DNA from: Bacteroidia bacterium
Lineage (GTDB): Bacteria > Bacteroidota > Bacteroidia > NS11-12g > UBA9320
Reading direction: 5' to 3'
Assembly: GCA_965216465.1 (NCBI GenBank)
Contig: CBDCFW010000002.1
Location: 1-64,000, forward strand
Length of the DNA stretch: 64,000 bases
In this document: piece after piece, positions 18,497 through 28,134 of the stretch
Layout: each line of letters begins with the position of its first letter
How positions within the stretch are numbered: position 1 is the stretch's first letter
Program-made: the position numbers and the translations under genes
The notes under the pieces: model-generated
What the model was told of the DNA's origin: nothing
Database searches by the model: none
The model's input: only the letters and a program-made list of their open reading frames with translations

Positions 18497-19200
18497 TAAC
18501 AGTTGAAAATTTACATAAGAAATTTGGAAAGGTTCAGGTTCTTCATGACTTAGATTTACAAATAGAAGAAGGTGGAATTTTTGCTATTCTCGGTCCCAAT
18601 GGTTCTGGAAAAACAACCTTAATCAAGAGTTTGCTAGGAATGGTAGTTCCCAACAAGGGAAGTATTAAAATTAAAGGTACTGAAGTTATCGGTCGTTTTA
18701 GTTACCGTCAAGACATAAACTATTTGCCTCAAATAGCCAATTTTCCGAGCAACCTTACGGTGGCAGAGCTGATTAAGATGATAAAGGATGTACGGGGCAA
18801 AGATGCCAATTTTGAAGATCTTCTTACGGCCTTTGACTTACAGCAATATTTGAAGAAGAAATTGGGTCATCTTTCAGGAGGTACACGCCAGAAGGTCAAC
18901 ATTCTTCTTACGTTTATGTTCGATAGTCCTTTAATCATTTTAGATGAACCAACAACCGGTTTAGACCCCGTTTCATTAATTAAACTCAAGGAGATTATTC
19001 GAGAAGAAAAGGCAAAAGGTAAAACGGTATTAATCACCTCGCATATAATCAGCTTTGTAGAAGAAGTAGCAGACCAAATTGTTTTTTTATTGGACGGCAA
19101 AATCTACTTCAAAGGCAGTCTACAAGAGCTTCAAAAACTTACAGGTCAATCAAATTTAGAACACGCAATCGCAGAGATACTAGCACCACAAAATGTTTAA
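18493..19200 (+). CDS. nosF: ABC transporter ATP-binding protein NosF
   Basis: GPNGSGKTT, LSGG, ILDEPTTGLDP; located between nosD and nosY. Confidence 0.92.
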   Translation: MITVENLHKKFGKVQVLHDLDLQIEEGGIFAILGPNGSGKTTLIKSLLGMVVPNKGSIKIKGTEVIGRFSYRQDINYLPQIANFPSNLTVAELIKMIKDVRGKDANFEDLLTAFDLQQYLKKKLGHLSGGTRQKVNILLTFMFDSPLIILDEPTTGLDPVSLIKLKEIIREEKAKGKTVLITSHIISFVEEVADQIVFLLDGKIYFKGSLQELQKLTGQSNLEHAIAEILAPQNV

Positions 19201-19975
19201 AATCTTCAAATACATATTTTTTGACTTGATGAGAAGTAGATGGAGTTACGTCTATTTTCTTTTCTATCTCGCACTTGGTTTTGTCATGTTGTTTCTAAAT
19301 AATGATGTGTCGAAAGCCGTGATTACATTAATGAATATCATTGTGGTTTTAACTCCATTGGTGGGAACCGTTTTTGGGGTAATGCATTATTATAATTCTA
19401 AAGAATTTTCTGAACTGTTATTGGCTCAACCACTTAAACGCTCAACAATATTTTTAGGCCAGTACATCGGATTATCACTTTCACTCACATTAAGCTTAAC
19501 GTTGGGCTTGGGTATTCCTTTTGTTTTGTACGGTGTTTTAGAATCAGCAGCCATTTGGAATTTTGGGTCCTTACTACTCGTAGGAGCCTTCTTGACTTTC
19601 ATTTTTGTGGCATTGGCTTATAATATGGCATTGTCGAATGAGAATAAGATTAAAGGTTTCGGCTATGCAATTTTGCTCTGGCTTGTCCTTGCTGTTGTTT
19701 ATGACGGATTGTTCTTAATTTCACTCCTTGTTTTCGACGACTATCCGCTCGACAAGTTTGCGTTAGTAGCAACATTATTTAACCCGATAGATTTATCACG
19801 CATACTAATATTACTTAAGCTTGATATCTCGGCGTTGTTTGGTTACACGGGTGCATCATTTAAAATGTTTTTAGGCACTAATCTAGGTATGTTTGTTTCT
19901 ATGGCGGTACTCTCCCTATGGGTATTGATCCCAGGTTGGTTTATACTCCGAAAATCAAAAAAGAAAGACTTTTAG
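19193..19975 (+). CDS. nosY: ABC transporter permease NosY
   Basis: Six TM helices; ELLLAQPLKR and NPIDLSRI motifs; follows nosF. Confidence 0.9.
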   Translation: MFKIFKYIFFDLMRSRWSYVYFLFYLALGFVMLFLNNDVSKAVITLMNIIVVLTPLVGTVFGVMHYYNSKEFSELLLAQPLKRSTIFLGQYIGLSLSLTLSLTLGLGIPFVLYGVLESAAIWNFGSLLLVGAFLTFIFVALAYNMALSNENKIKGFGYAILLWLVLAVVYDGLFLISLLVFDDYPLDKFALVATLFNPIDLSRILILLKLDISALFGYTGASFKMFLGTNLGMFVSMAVLSLWVLIPGWFILRKSKKKDF

Positions 19976-20018
19976 GCAGCGTTTTATTCGGTGATGTTGT
20001 CATAGAATAAACAATACT

Positions 20019-20519
20019 ATGATTAAACATACCTTAACACTCATTATACTTATCGGCTTATTCGGTTGCAATCAAAAGTCGACTCCTTTACCTGTTCCCG
20101 AAGCAGAAAAGATTGTCTATTTTGAAACAGGCTGGTATGGTCCCAATATTCTAAATAATGATACTTTTTATGTCGGCGGAACATCGGTGAGCTTAGCTGT
20201 TGATATTCCAGATGACCAATATGTAGATGTTGTTATCCAGGAACTGAATTGTGACCCAGCCAAAAGCTGTTTACTTAAAAATTCTAATCCTGTTTGCAAG
20301 CATTCAAATCTGATCTGGAGATTAGGTGCTAATAACAATTGGTCAATGAACAAATCAGGAAATGTAGGAGTGCCTCAACGTTGGACCTTCAGGTCGTTCG
20401 GTGACAATGTTTCAGAAGGTCAACTATCGTTGATTTATCACGGAAAGGCAAAAGTAGAAGTGTTTGAAAACGGGAACAGCGTTCCAGTAATATCTAAAGT
20501 TGTCACCTGGGAAGAGTAA
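20019..20519 (+). CDS. hypothetical lipoprotein
   Basis: Lipobox LFGC; 166 aa, beta-rich, three further Cys. Confidence 0.6.
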   Translation: MIKHTLTLIILIGLFGCNQKSTPLPVPEAEKIVYFETGWYGPNILNNDTFYVGGTSVSLAVDIPDDQYVDVVIQELNCDPAKSCLLKNSNPVCKHSNLIWRLGANNNWSMNKSGNVGVPQRWTFRSFGDNVSEGQLSLIYHGKAKVEVFENGNSVPVISKVVTWEE

Positions 20520-20993
20520 CTAACCCAGCTGATTTAACTCCAATTTGAAGTCGTATTGCAGATCTTCATGAAGCTTTGCGATTGCTTTTCTAATTAACTG
20601 AACTTGCCTCAGGTACAAATTTTTCATAGAGACGTTGCCCAAAACGTTAGGCTCAAAATCTTTAACTTTTGAACAGAAATAAAGTAGCAATTCTGCTTCA
20701 GTGGCTGGCAGTTTTGAATAACGGATGTACTTCTTCACATTTCTCAAGATTTTACGAATGCTTTTCTTGATATAGTAAATGCTTGAAACATTGATTTGCT
20801 CAAACAATTCGTCCATTTCTCTTTTGATTTCAGCTATATAGTCATCTTCATTTCCTTCTTCAAACAATAAGTAGGAGAGTAGCTCTTTGTTTTCTTTTTT
20901 AAATCGAGCTAATTTTAGGTTGATTTCCACCAGTTTCTCCTTATCAAGGTTTTTGAGTTCAGATTTTATTTGAGCTACGGATGCTGGCTTCAT
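20520..20993 (-). CDS. conserved hypothetical helical protein
   Basis: LARFKKENKELLSYLLF...LHEDLQYDF; start overlaps the helicase stop (TAATG). Confidence 0.75.
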   Translation of the reverse strand: MKPASVAQIKSELKNLDKEKLVEINLKLARFKKENKELLSYLLFEEGNEDDYIAEIKREMDELFEQINVSSIYYIKKSIRKILRNVKKYIRYSKLPATEAELLLYFCSKVKDFEPNVLGNVSMKNLYLRQVQLIRKAIAKLHEDLQYDFKLELNQLG

Positions 20994-22342
20994 TATCGTT
21001 TGCGTTTGCGTTTTCCTTTGGTGATTGGCTTCTTATATTTTTTAGCCTTCTTCATTCGAATTTTGTCTCCCCCACTAAAGTTGTGTGTTTTTTTATTCTT
21101 GTCTTTCTTCTCATGAAAACTAGGGCCCGCTATTCGTTTTGTTTGTTTGTGAGGGTTCTTTTCGACTATTTTGGGCTGCTCATCAATAGTCAATTTCTTA
21201 GAGACTTTAACCTCTTCAGGAAATTCTAGCTGAGGGATGTTATAATCCATTAGAGCTTCAATAGCTTCCTTTGATTTGGTTTCTTTTTCTGTGTAGAACA
21301 GAATCGAATGTCCTTCTTTCTCAGCCCTACCTGTTCGGCCAATACGGTGCATGTAATTCTCAGGAAAGCTTGGGGTGTCAAAATTTATTACATGGCTTAT
21401 GTCGTCAAGATCTAATCCTCTGGCAATTACGTCTGTTGCAATTAAAATTCGATTTATTCCATCATTGAAAGCCTCGATGGTTCCAATTCTGTTGTTTTGA
21501 GATTTGTTAGAATGAATAACGCCCAACTCGTTCCAGTAACCTACTTGCATTTCATCAAATAGCTTATCCGCATTTTTTTTACTGTCAATAAAAACAACCA
21601 CTTTTCGAAATGATTCTTTGTCTTCAAGCAGGTGAGACAGCAAATTTACTTTGGTGTAGAAGTTGGGAACTTCATAGCACGTCTGTTCGATATTGTCTAA
21701 GGGTGTACCGCTAACCGCAATTGAAATTGTAAACGGATCAATGAAAAAGTCTTTTATCAGCGAGTCAACATCTTCCGTCATTGTAGCTGAAAACATAATG
21801 TTTTGACGCTTTTTAGGAAGTAACTCGAAAATATTGGTTAGCTGAAACCTAAATCCAAGATCCAGCATAACATCTACTTCGTCAATAATCAATTTGCCAA
21901 TGTCTTGCAGTTGTAGTGCTCTGCTTACGGCCAAATCGTACAACCTGCCAGGAGTACCAACAACTATGTCAACTCCTTCAGCCAATGCAGCTTTCTGCGT
22001 TTTGATATTTACACCGCCAAAAACACCCAAGGTTCGGATGGTCATGTACTTGGTAAAGAGTTCGATCTGCTCAACAACTTGAATAACGAGCTCCCGGGTC
22101 GGAACCAATATGAGTACACGTGGTTTTAATTGTTTAGAAAATTTAAGCTGGGCCAAAACTGGCAGCATATAAGCCAATGTTTTACCTGTGCCAGTTTGGG
22201 CAATCCCAACCACATTTCTCCCCGACATAACAACCGGAAATGCTTCTGATTGAATTGGTGTAGGTCGGTCAAAACCTAAGTCATCAATTGCATTGAACAA
22301 TTGTTTTGAAATGTTCAGATTTTCGAATGAGTTTGGCTGCAT
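20993..22342 (-). CDS. DEAD/DEAH-box RNA helicase
   Basis: Q motif PTPIQ, AQTGTGKT, PTREL, TPGRL, DEVD, SAT, ARGLD, YMHRIGRTGR; basic C-terminal tail. TAACTTTG box on the minus strand at 22353-22360. Confidence 0.95.
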   Translation of the reverse strand: MQPNSFENLNISKQLFNAIDDLGFDRPTPIQSEAFPVVMSGRNVVGIAQTGTGKTLAYMLPVLAQLKFSKQLKPRVLILVPTRELVIQVVEQIELFTKYMTIRTLGVFGGVNIKTQKAALAEGVDIVVGTPGRLYDLAVSRALQLQDIGKLIIDEVDVMLDLGFRFQLTNIFELLPKKRQNIMFSATMTEDVDSLIKDFFIDPFTISIAVSGTPLDNIEQTCYEVPNFYTKVNLLSHLLEDKESFRKVVVFIDSKKNADKLFDEMQVGYWNELGVIHSNKSQNNRIGTIEAFNDGINRILIATDVIARGLDLDDISHVINFDTPSFPENYMHRIGRTGRAEKEGHSILFYTEKETKSKEAIEALMDYNIPQLEFPEEVKVSKKLTIDEQPKIVEKNPHKQTKRIAGPSFHEKKDKNKKTHNFSGGDKIRMKKAKKYKKPITKGKRKRKR

Positions 22343-22393
22343 CAATATAGTGCAAAGTTAGCTCTTCTTTGATGCCTTAATCAACAATAGTAG

Positions 22394-24064
22394 CTATAAC
22401 CTAACTGTTATGTCTCTTTTGGCAGTATGTGGTACGAACTTACCGTGTTCAATAATGTAGCTCACACCTAAGATTTCGATTTCTTCACCTTCGTGGAGTT
22501 TGGCAAGATTTGTTAAATCATCTTCTATGGTATGCAGCGTCCCTCCATTTTCTCTAATCATATTGAGGTATGCGGTATTTATTCCATATGATGCTCCGCA
22601 AAGTATAACGTGAATAGGTTTGTTTACCTTATTAAGTAAGTTTAGATCCCTTGGTGTGGCATAATTGTCTGCAATCATGATAATTCCATTTGCATCAGGG
22701 TTTGCTTTTAGCCCAGTAATGCAAGCTTCAATGTTGTTTTCAGGAAGATCGCCACCCCCACCTCTACTTTGAGCTTTGTGCAATGTTGTGCTCATTGTCT
22801 CAAACGATGTGGTTTTTGTATGGTAAATACCACCAACTTTGCCTGGTCTTTTTAATTGATCGGCCATGTTGTTTCCATCGTTAAAAAAGATGTAATTGTT
22901 GTTGGTATGTGACTTCATGTTAAGCTGATGCCAAGCAAGAAACTGACCTAAGTATGGAGCCATACTCCCTGTTACGTCAGTAGCTATAACACAATTGGTC
23001 CAGTGCTTATTTCGGTCAAACACTTTAGTAATCACGTCTTCTATCGCAGAATTGTAACCGTAACCAATAGTCGAACTACGCATGAGTCTGACTGAGGTGT
23101 CCATATAGCTACATTTTATGACTTCAACATATTCAATGTTGCTATAGAAGCTATCGATTTGAACTTTGTTTTTTGTTATTGGAGTAGCAATTAAATTGTA
23201 ACTGTTTAGTTTTTTGCCAGACCTGTTGAAAGTCATTTGATACTGTGTATAGACTCTCTGACCTTTGTAACGTGATGGAATTAGCTTGAAATTTTCTTTG
23301 GCCAAAGATGAAAACTCATTCTTCTTCTCTAAACCTTCTATGTTTATAATTTTTCGTCTATCTGTAACAATAAATTTGATTGATTCATCGCCGTTTAAAT
23401 CCAGTTTTCTGAGCTTACGTAAAAACTTTTTGTCAGATTTTGTTCGCAGGGGAGTAAGCGTTCCAAGTTTGCTTCTAGAATATTTTTTCTCTTGAAAGGA
23501 AGTATCACATGTTTTTACTAACGATGATGTTCCAGTACTAATAACGGAGTCGAGGTAGGCAGATGAAGTTTCTTCGCCAATAGCTGACTTGGTATAATAC
23601 TCAAGCATCTTTTTCTCAAAAATTTCGGTTTCAATCTCTTTTGGAGATTTAATTTTTATTTCAAATCCATGAAAATAGTTGTTGCACTCCGATGGAGATT
23701 TGCAACCTGTTTGGGCAATCCAATACCACGAGATGTTGGTATTTGAAGCTAAGCCTGGAATTAGACGGTTTAACTCGTAAGTTCTTTTGTTATTTAGTTC
23801 TAACTGATCAAATCTTTCAGATGCTCTAAATTGAGAGTAAATTAATGAAACGCTAACTACTTGGTCAATATCTAAATCTTTAATTCTAGATTGAACCTCA
23901 GCATTGTTGAAGTTCATTGGGACGTAAATAATGTAAGGGTCTTCATACTTTATGTATTTTGGAGTCTCAATACGAATTAATGTGCTCGCTGTTTTAACTT
24001 GTGATATTCCAAATAATGGAACCTGAATAACAAGAAATAATAAGATGTATTTTAATAGTTTCAT
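22394..24064 (-). CDS. secreted protein with C-terminal von Willebrand factor A-like domain
   Basis: Signal peptide; MIDAS-like DVTGSM; GGGGDLPENNIEA, IIMIADN, PIHVILCG. Confidence 0.7.
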   Translation of the reverse strand: MKLLKYILLFLVIQVPLFGISQVKTASTLIRIETPKYIKYEDPYIIYVPMNFNNAEVQSRIKDLDIDQVVSVSLIYSQFRASERFDQLELNNKRTYELNRLIPGLASNTNISWYWIAQTGCKSPSECNNYFHGFEIKIKSPKEIETEIFEKKMLEYYTKSAIGEETSSAYLDSVISTGTSSLVKTCDTSFQEKKYSRSKLGTLTPLRTKSDKKFLRKLRKLDLNGDESIKFIVTDRRKIINIEGLEKKNEFSSLAKENFKLIPSRYKGQRVYTQYQMTFNRSGKKLNSYNLIATPITKNKVQIDSFYSNIEYVEVIKCSYMDTSVRLMRSSTIGYGYNSAIEDVITKVFDRNKHWTNCVIATDVTGSMAPYLGQFLAWHQLNMKSHTNNNYIFFNDGNNMADQLKRPGKVGGIYHTKTTSFETMSTTLHKAQSRGGGGDLPENNIEACITGLKANPDANGIIMIADNYATPRDLNLLNKVNKPIHVILCGASYGINTAYLNMIRENGGTLHTIEDDLTNLAKLHEGEEIEILGVSYIIEHGKFVPHTAKRDITVRL

Positions 24065-24188
24065 AGTCGTAAGGTGTTATTAGTAAAACCGTATAATGTA
24101 AAAATTATTGCGTTCCACTAAATGGAGCACGATTTAACTATTGCTCTTACGAACGAGGAAGGTAAAAGTTACAAGAGAAAGAAGATAC

Positions 24189-25658
24189 CTACTTCCTGTT
24201 TTTAGACCAGTCGTCTGAAATATGTTGAGCAGGTTCAACTTTTTTAAAGTCATTAAACGCAACATAGGTGAAGATTGCCGCTGCTTTGTTTAGTTTAGCA
24301 TCTTGCTCGCTTCTTGCCTCAGGAGTATAGTAATTGGCGATAAAATTTGTATCAAAATCACCTTCAATAAATTTTGGGTGTTTCAATACAAATCTACCAA
24401 AATCTAAGGTAGTCGGAATGCCCTCAATTTTGAAACTATCAATGGCTTCAATCATTCTTTGAATGGCTTGAGTTCTATCCTGGCCCCAAACAATAAGCTT
24501 TGCGAACATATTGTCGTAGTAGATTGGAATTTCATATCCTTCATATACAAAATCATCAAGACGAACAAAGTCTTGAGTAGGAGGGATATACGTTTCAATC
24601 TTTCCTACCGCAGGTAAGAAGTCATTTGCAGTTTCTTCGGCAGTTAAACGCAGCTCAATCGAATGACCATTGGCAGCGATATCTTCTTGCTTCATGGTCA
24701 ATTCCTCTCCACGGGCTACTCTTATTTGTTGTTCAACAAGGTCTAATCCAGTAATCAATTCAGTTACAGGATGTTCAACTTGAAGACGGGTGTTCATCTC
24801 TAGGAAGTAAAACTTGTGATCAGCATCGAGAAGAAACTCAACCGTTCCTGTACCGCTATAATTACATGCTTTCGCCACATTAACTGCAGCTTCACCCATT
24901 TCTGCTCTTAATTTTTCGGTAAGCACTGAACTAGGAGCTTCTTCAACCAGTTTTTGGTGTCTTCGTTGAATAGAACATTCTCGTTCAAGAAGATGAATTA
25001 CATTTCCATGATTATCTGCAAGTATTTGAATCTCAATATGACGTGGTTTTGTAACAAACTTCTCAATGAAAACCGCACTGTCTCCAAAAGCACTTTGTGC
25101 TTCGCTCATTGCAGTTTTCATTTGGGTTTCAAGGTCTTTTGGATCGTGAACGATACGCATACCTTTACCTCCACCACCGGCACTAGCTTTAACCAGCACG
25201 GGGTAACCAATTTGGTCGGCAACTTTTTGAGCTTCTGAAATGTCTTTTACTGCGTCATTAATTCCAGGTACAAGCGGAACACCATATTCGGCAACTGCCT
25301 GCTTACTTGCAATTTTGCTACCCATAAGATCAATGGCTTCTGGGCTTGGACCGATAAAAGTAATTCCTGCGTCCGTCGCCTTTTTTACAAAACTTGCATT
25401 CTCAGAAAGAAAGCCATAACCAGGGTGAATTCCGTCAACCTGATTGTTTAGGCAGATATCAATGATTTTGTCTGCTTGCAAATAACTTTCTGCAGAAGGT
25501 GCAGGACCAACACAAAAGGCTTCGTCGGCCATTTGTACATGAAGCGAATCGCGGTCTCGCTCCGAATAAATAGCAACAGTTGAAATACCCATCTTTTGAC
25601 AGGTTTTTATCACTCTAACGGCAATTTCGCCTCTGTTTGCTATTAAGATTTTTTTCAT
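24189..25658 (-). CDS. accC: biotin carboxylase subunit (acetyl/propionyl-CoA carboxylase)
   Basis: KKILIANRGEIA, HPGYGFLSEN, GGGGKGMR, RECSIQRRHQK, FLEMNTRLQVEHPVTE. No fused biotinyl domain. Confidence 0.92.
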   Translation of the reverse strand: MKKILIANRGEIAVRVIKTCQKMGISTVAIYSERDRDSLHVQMADEAFCVGPAPSAESYLQADKIIDICLNNQVDGIHPGYGFLSENASFVKKATDAGITFIGPSPEAIDLMGSKIASKQAVAEYGVPLVPGINDAVKDISEAQKVADQIGYPVLVKASAGGGGKGMRIVHDPKDLETQMKTAMSEAQSAFGDSAVFIEKFVTKPRHIEIQILADNHGNVIHLLERECSIQRRHQKLVEEAPSSVLTEKLRAEMGEAAVNVAKACNYSGTGTVEFLLDADHKFYFLEMNTRLQVEHPVTELITGLDLVEQQIRVARGEELTMKQEDIAANGHSIELRLTAEETANDFLPAVGKIETYIPPTQDFVRLDDFVYEGYEIPIYYDNMFAKLIVWGQDRTQAIQRMIEAIDSFKIEGIPTTLDFGRFVLKHPKFIEGDFDTNFIANYYTPEARSEQDAKLNKAAAIFTYVAFNDFKKVEPAQHISDDWSKNRK

Positions 25659-26113
25659 GGTTGGTTAAGCATTGGAAGTTTCATGTAAATTTCTTCCTGG
25701 TCGCTTATACTACCAATTCCAAAAAACCCTCCATCAGATTTTGCAACATTAAATGCTAAACTTCTTAAGCTTTTGTAAAGTTGTTTGGCAAAGCCACCTT
25801 CCATTTTAGGGAAAATGTCGTTTAATCTTGATAAATGTTCTTCAATGTATTTAAGTCTTTCGTCTCCGTTCGGTGATAATGACTTTAGAGCAACATCAAT
25901 TTCTTCATCGATATTTAGCTTAAGCTCTTTATAAATGTCTTTTACATCTGTGTTAGTCGCGAAAGATTTGATATGCATAATTTCTTTTGCTCTATCAATC
26001 TCATTTTCCTCAATGTCGTGATCAGCACAAGCGATTAACAAAGTAACCCATACCGGTGATTTCTTTACAACCGATTTTTCTTCTTCAGATAAGTTTCTTA
26101 ATTGGTATAACAT
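25655..26113 (-). CDS. hypothetical protein (TerB-like helical fold)
   Basis: LIACADHDIEENE and VAKSDGGFFGIGSISDQE motifs; ATGA overlap with accC. Confidence 0.6.
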   Translation of the reverse strand: MLYQLRNLSEEEKSVVKKSPVWVTLLIACADHDIEENEIDRAKEIMHIKSFATNTDVKDIYKELKLNIDEEIDVALKSLSPNGDERLKYIEEHLSRLNDIFPKMEGGFAKQLYKSLRSLAFNVAKSDGGFFGIGSISDQEEIYMKLPMLNQP

Positions 26114-26139
26114 TAAATGTAATTTTGCAGGGCAAATTT

Positions 26140-26805
26140 ATGCAAACTAGTTTAATCAAACAGATAAAAGAGCTTTTTCTAAAAGAGTTGAAAATGGAGC
26201 TGCGAAACAAGTATGCGCTGTTATCCCTCGTTTTATTACTCTTGGTCTCCGTCTTCATTATTTACACCATTCAAAAATCTGCATCCAATATGGTGTGGCA
26301 TAGTTTGTTTTATGTGGTTTTGATATTCGGAGTAGTGCAAAATATAGGAAGAAGTTTTTTGATGGAGAACAAAGGCAGCTTGCTCTATTACAAGTTCCTA
26401 GTTAATAGTAAGGCGGTAATTGTTTCAAAGATTCTTTACCAGTTTTTGGTCAATACCTTTTTTCTGCTTACACTGTTTGTCTTGATGAATTTTTGGCTGC
26501 CTCAAAGCATTCCTCATCTATTGGAGTATATGTTAACTGCTTTGCTTTTCACGCTTTGTAACTCAGCCGTGTTTACCTTCAACTCATCGCTTGCTTTAGG
26601 AGCAAAAAACAGCAGTTTGGTTGCTTTAATACTAAGTCTTCCGCTCTTAATACCAAGTTTGTTAGTGAGTTTAAAGTCAGCGAGTAAAACAATGATGGCC
26701 AATGTAGATGTAGTATTCTACCAAGATTGGCTTGTTTTAGGACTTTTGTTAATCATACAAGTGGTGCTAGCTGTTTCCTTATTCAATTATGTTTGGGAAG
26801 AGTAA
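26140..26805 (+). CDS. ccmB: heme exporter protein CcmB
   Basis: KELKMELR, six TM helices, LSLPLLIP. ATG 26140 follows TAATTTTG (26120-26127); the longer track ORF would overlap the divergent gene. Confidence 0.8.
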   Translation: MQTSLIKQIKELFLKELKMELRNKYALLSLVLLLLVSVFIIYTIQKSASNMVWHSLFYVVLIFGVVQNIGRSFLMENKGSLLYYKFLVNSKAVIVSKILYQFLVNTFFLLTLFVLMNFWLPQSIPHLLEYMLTALLFTLCNSAVFTFNSSLALGAKNSSLVALILSLPLLIPSLLVSLKSASKTMMANVDVVFYQDWLVLGLLLIIQVVLAVSLFNYVWEE

Positions 26806-26878
26806 AATATCAGTTATTGCTACTTTAGTAACACCGATTTTACCCTTAAAAAAACTACATTTGCCAACCATTTAAGTA

Positions 26879-27547
26879 ATGAAACAAAGTTGGTGGAAAA
26901 TATTGGCAGTGGTTTGTATCGTCTACGCTATTGTTGGCGGTTTGCTCATGCCTGCTCCCGATGATTTAGGAATTATTGCAAAGTCAATAAGAAACCTTCA
27001 TTTTCATGTTCCGATGTGGTTTAGCATGATTATTTTACTGCTTACTTCATACATCGTAGGCATTCTATTTTTGGCCAAAGGAGATCTTAAACACGATAGT
27101 CTAGCAAGTAGCTTCGTTAAAGTGTCGCTGTTGTTTGGACTTATGGGACTAGCTACCGGGTCATTTTGGGCAAGATTTACCTGGGGAACATGGTGGGTAG
27201 AAGATGCCAAACTGAATGGTGCAGCCATCGGGGTAATGATCTACTTTGCTTACTACATCCTGAGAAACAGCATAGAAGACGACGTGAAACGAGCAAAGTT
27301 TTCTTCAGTATACAATCTGTTTGCCTTTCCAATTTTTATTGTTTTGATAATTATTTATCCGAGAATGGCTGAAACTAGCTTGCACCCAGCGAGTGGTGAT
27401 ACAATAGGGTTTAGTCAACTCGATTTAGATAACAACTTGAGAAAGGTGTTTTACTTTGCTGTTTTAGGGTGGATCCTTCTAAGCGTGTGGATCGCAAGTT
27501 TGAAATATAGACTTACAGAAATTAAAAGAAAAAATGAGGAAATTTAG
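26879..27547 (+). CDS. ccmC: heme exporter/cytochrome c biogenesis protein CcmC
   Basis: RNLHFHVP, TGSFWARFTWGTWWVEDAK (WWD domain) and LHP motifs. TACATTTG box at 26856-26863. Confidence 0.9.
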   Translation: MKQSWWKILAVVCIVYAIVGGLLMPAPDDLGIIAKSIRNLHFHVPMWFSMIILLLTSYIVGILFLAKGDLKHDSLASSFVKVSLLFGLMGLATGSFWARFTWGTWWVEDAKLNGAAIGVMIYFAYYILRNSIEDDVKRAKFSSVYNLFAFPIFIVLIIIYPRMAETSLHPASGDTIGFSQLDLDNNLRKVFYFAVLGWILLSVWIASLKYRLTEIKRKNEEI

Positions 27548-27731
27548 CTGGATATTTATGTTGATGAGTTTGTCTGCTTTAGCACAATCTCCTATGGATG
27601 ATTTGTTTTATAGCAGCGGTAAAATCTATGTAGTAATAGCGGTGCTCTTGATTATATTTTCAGGTATAGTACTTTACCTGATTCGATTAGATAGAAAAAT
27701 CAGCAAATTGGAAAAAGAAAATGAAGCCTAA
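27534..27731 (+). CDS. ccmD: CcmD-family small membrane protein
   Basis: SSGKIYVVIAVLLIIFSGIVLYLIRLDRKISKLE; between ccmC and ccmE. Confidence 0.8.
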   Translation: MRKFSWIFMLMSLSALAQSPMDDLFYSSGKIYVVIAVLLIIFSGIVLYLIRLDRKISKLEKENEA

Positions 27732-28134
27732 AGTAATATTTTTATTGGTGCTATTAGCTGTTGCTATTGGCTACGTGATGAGTACCTATATGGAGGCTAG
27801 TAAGACTTCAACCTTCACAGAAGCACAAAGCAATCCCGATGAGATTTTTCACATTTCTGGATTCTTAATGAAAGACATGCCGTTTGAATATGACCCCATC
27901 AAAGATCCTAATTACTTTACTTTTTATATAAAAGACAAAGACGGCAAGGTTTGTAAGGTGATTTCATCGGAGCCAAAACAACCTGACTTTGAACGTGCTG
28001 AAACCGTGAACATGTACGGTAAGGCTGAGGGCGAAGTGTTTAGAGCTACCAAAGTGATGCCTAAATGTCCTTCGAAGTATAAAGATGAAGAAATAAACAA
28101 AGCGGTTAAAGAGGCTCAAAACGCCGAAGCATAG
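27721..28134 (+). CDS. ccmE: cytochrome c maturation heme chaperone CcmE (CxxxY type)
   Basis: N-terminal TM, OB-fold-like body, KCPSKY motif. Confidence 0.88.
   Translation: MKPKVIFLLVLLAVAIGYVMSTYMEASKTSTFTEAQSNPDEIFHISGFLMKDMPFEYDPIKDPNYFTFYIKDKDGKVCKVISSEPKQPDFERAETVNMYGKAEGEVFRATKVMPKCPSKYKDEEINKAVKEAQNAEA

Noticed and set aside
21870-21890. DEVD in the helicase matches the caspase-3 cleavage motif, and a caspase-like gene is in the window
   Set aside because: DEVD is simply the Walker B (DEAD-box) variant. The helicase is cytoplasmic, the protease is exported, and bacterial C14 enzymes generally prefer basic P1 residues.
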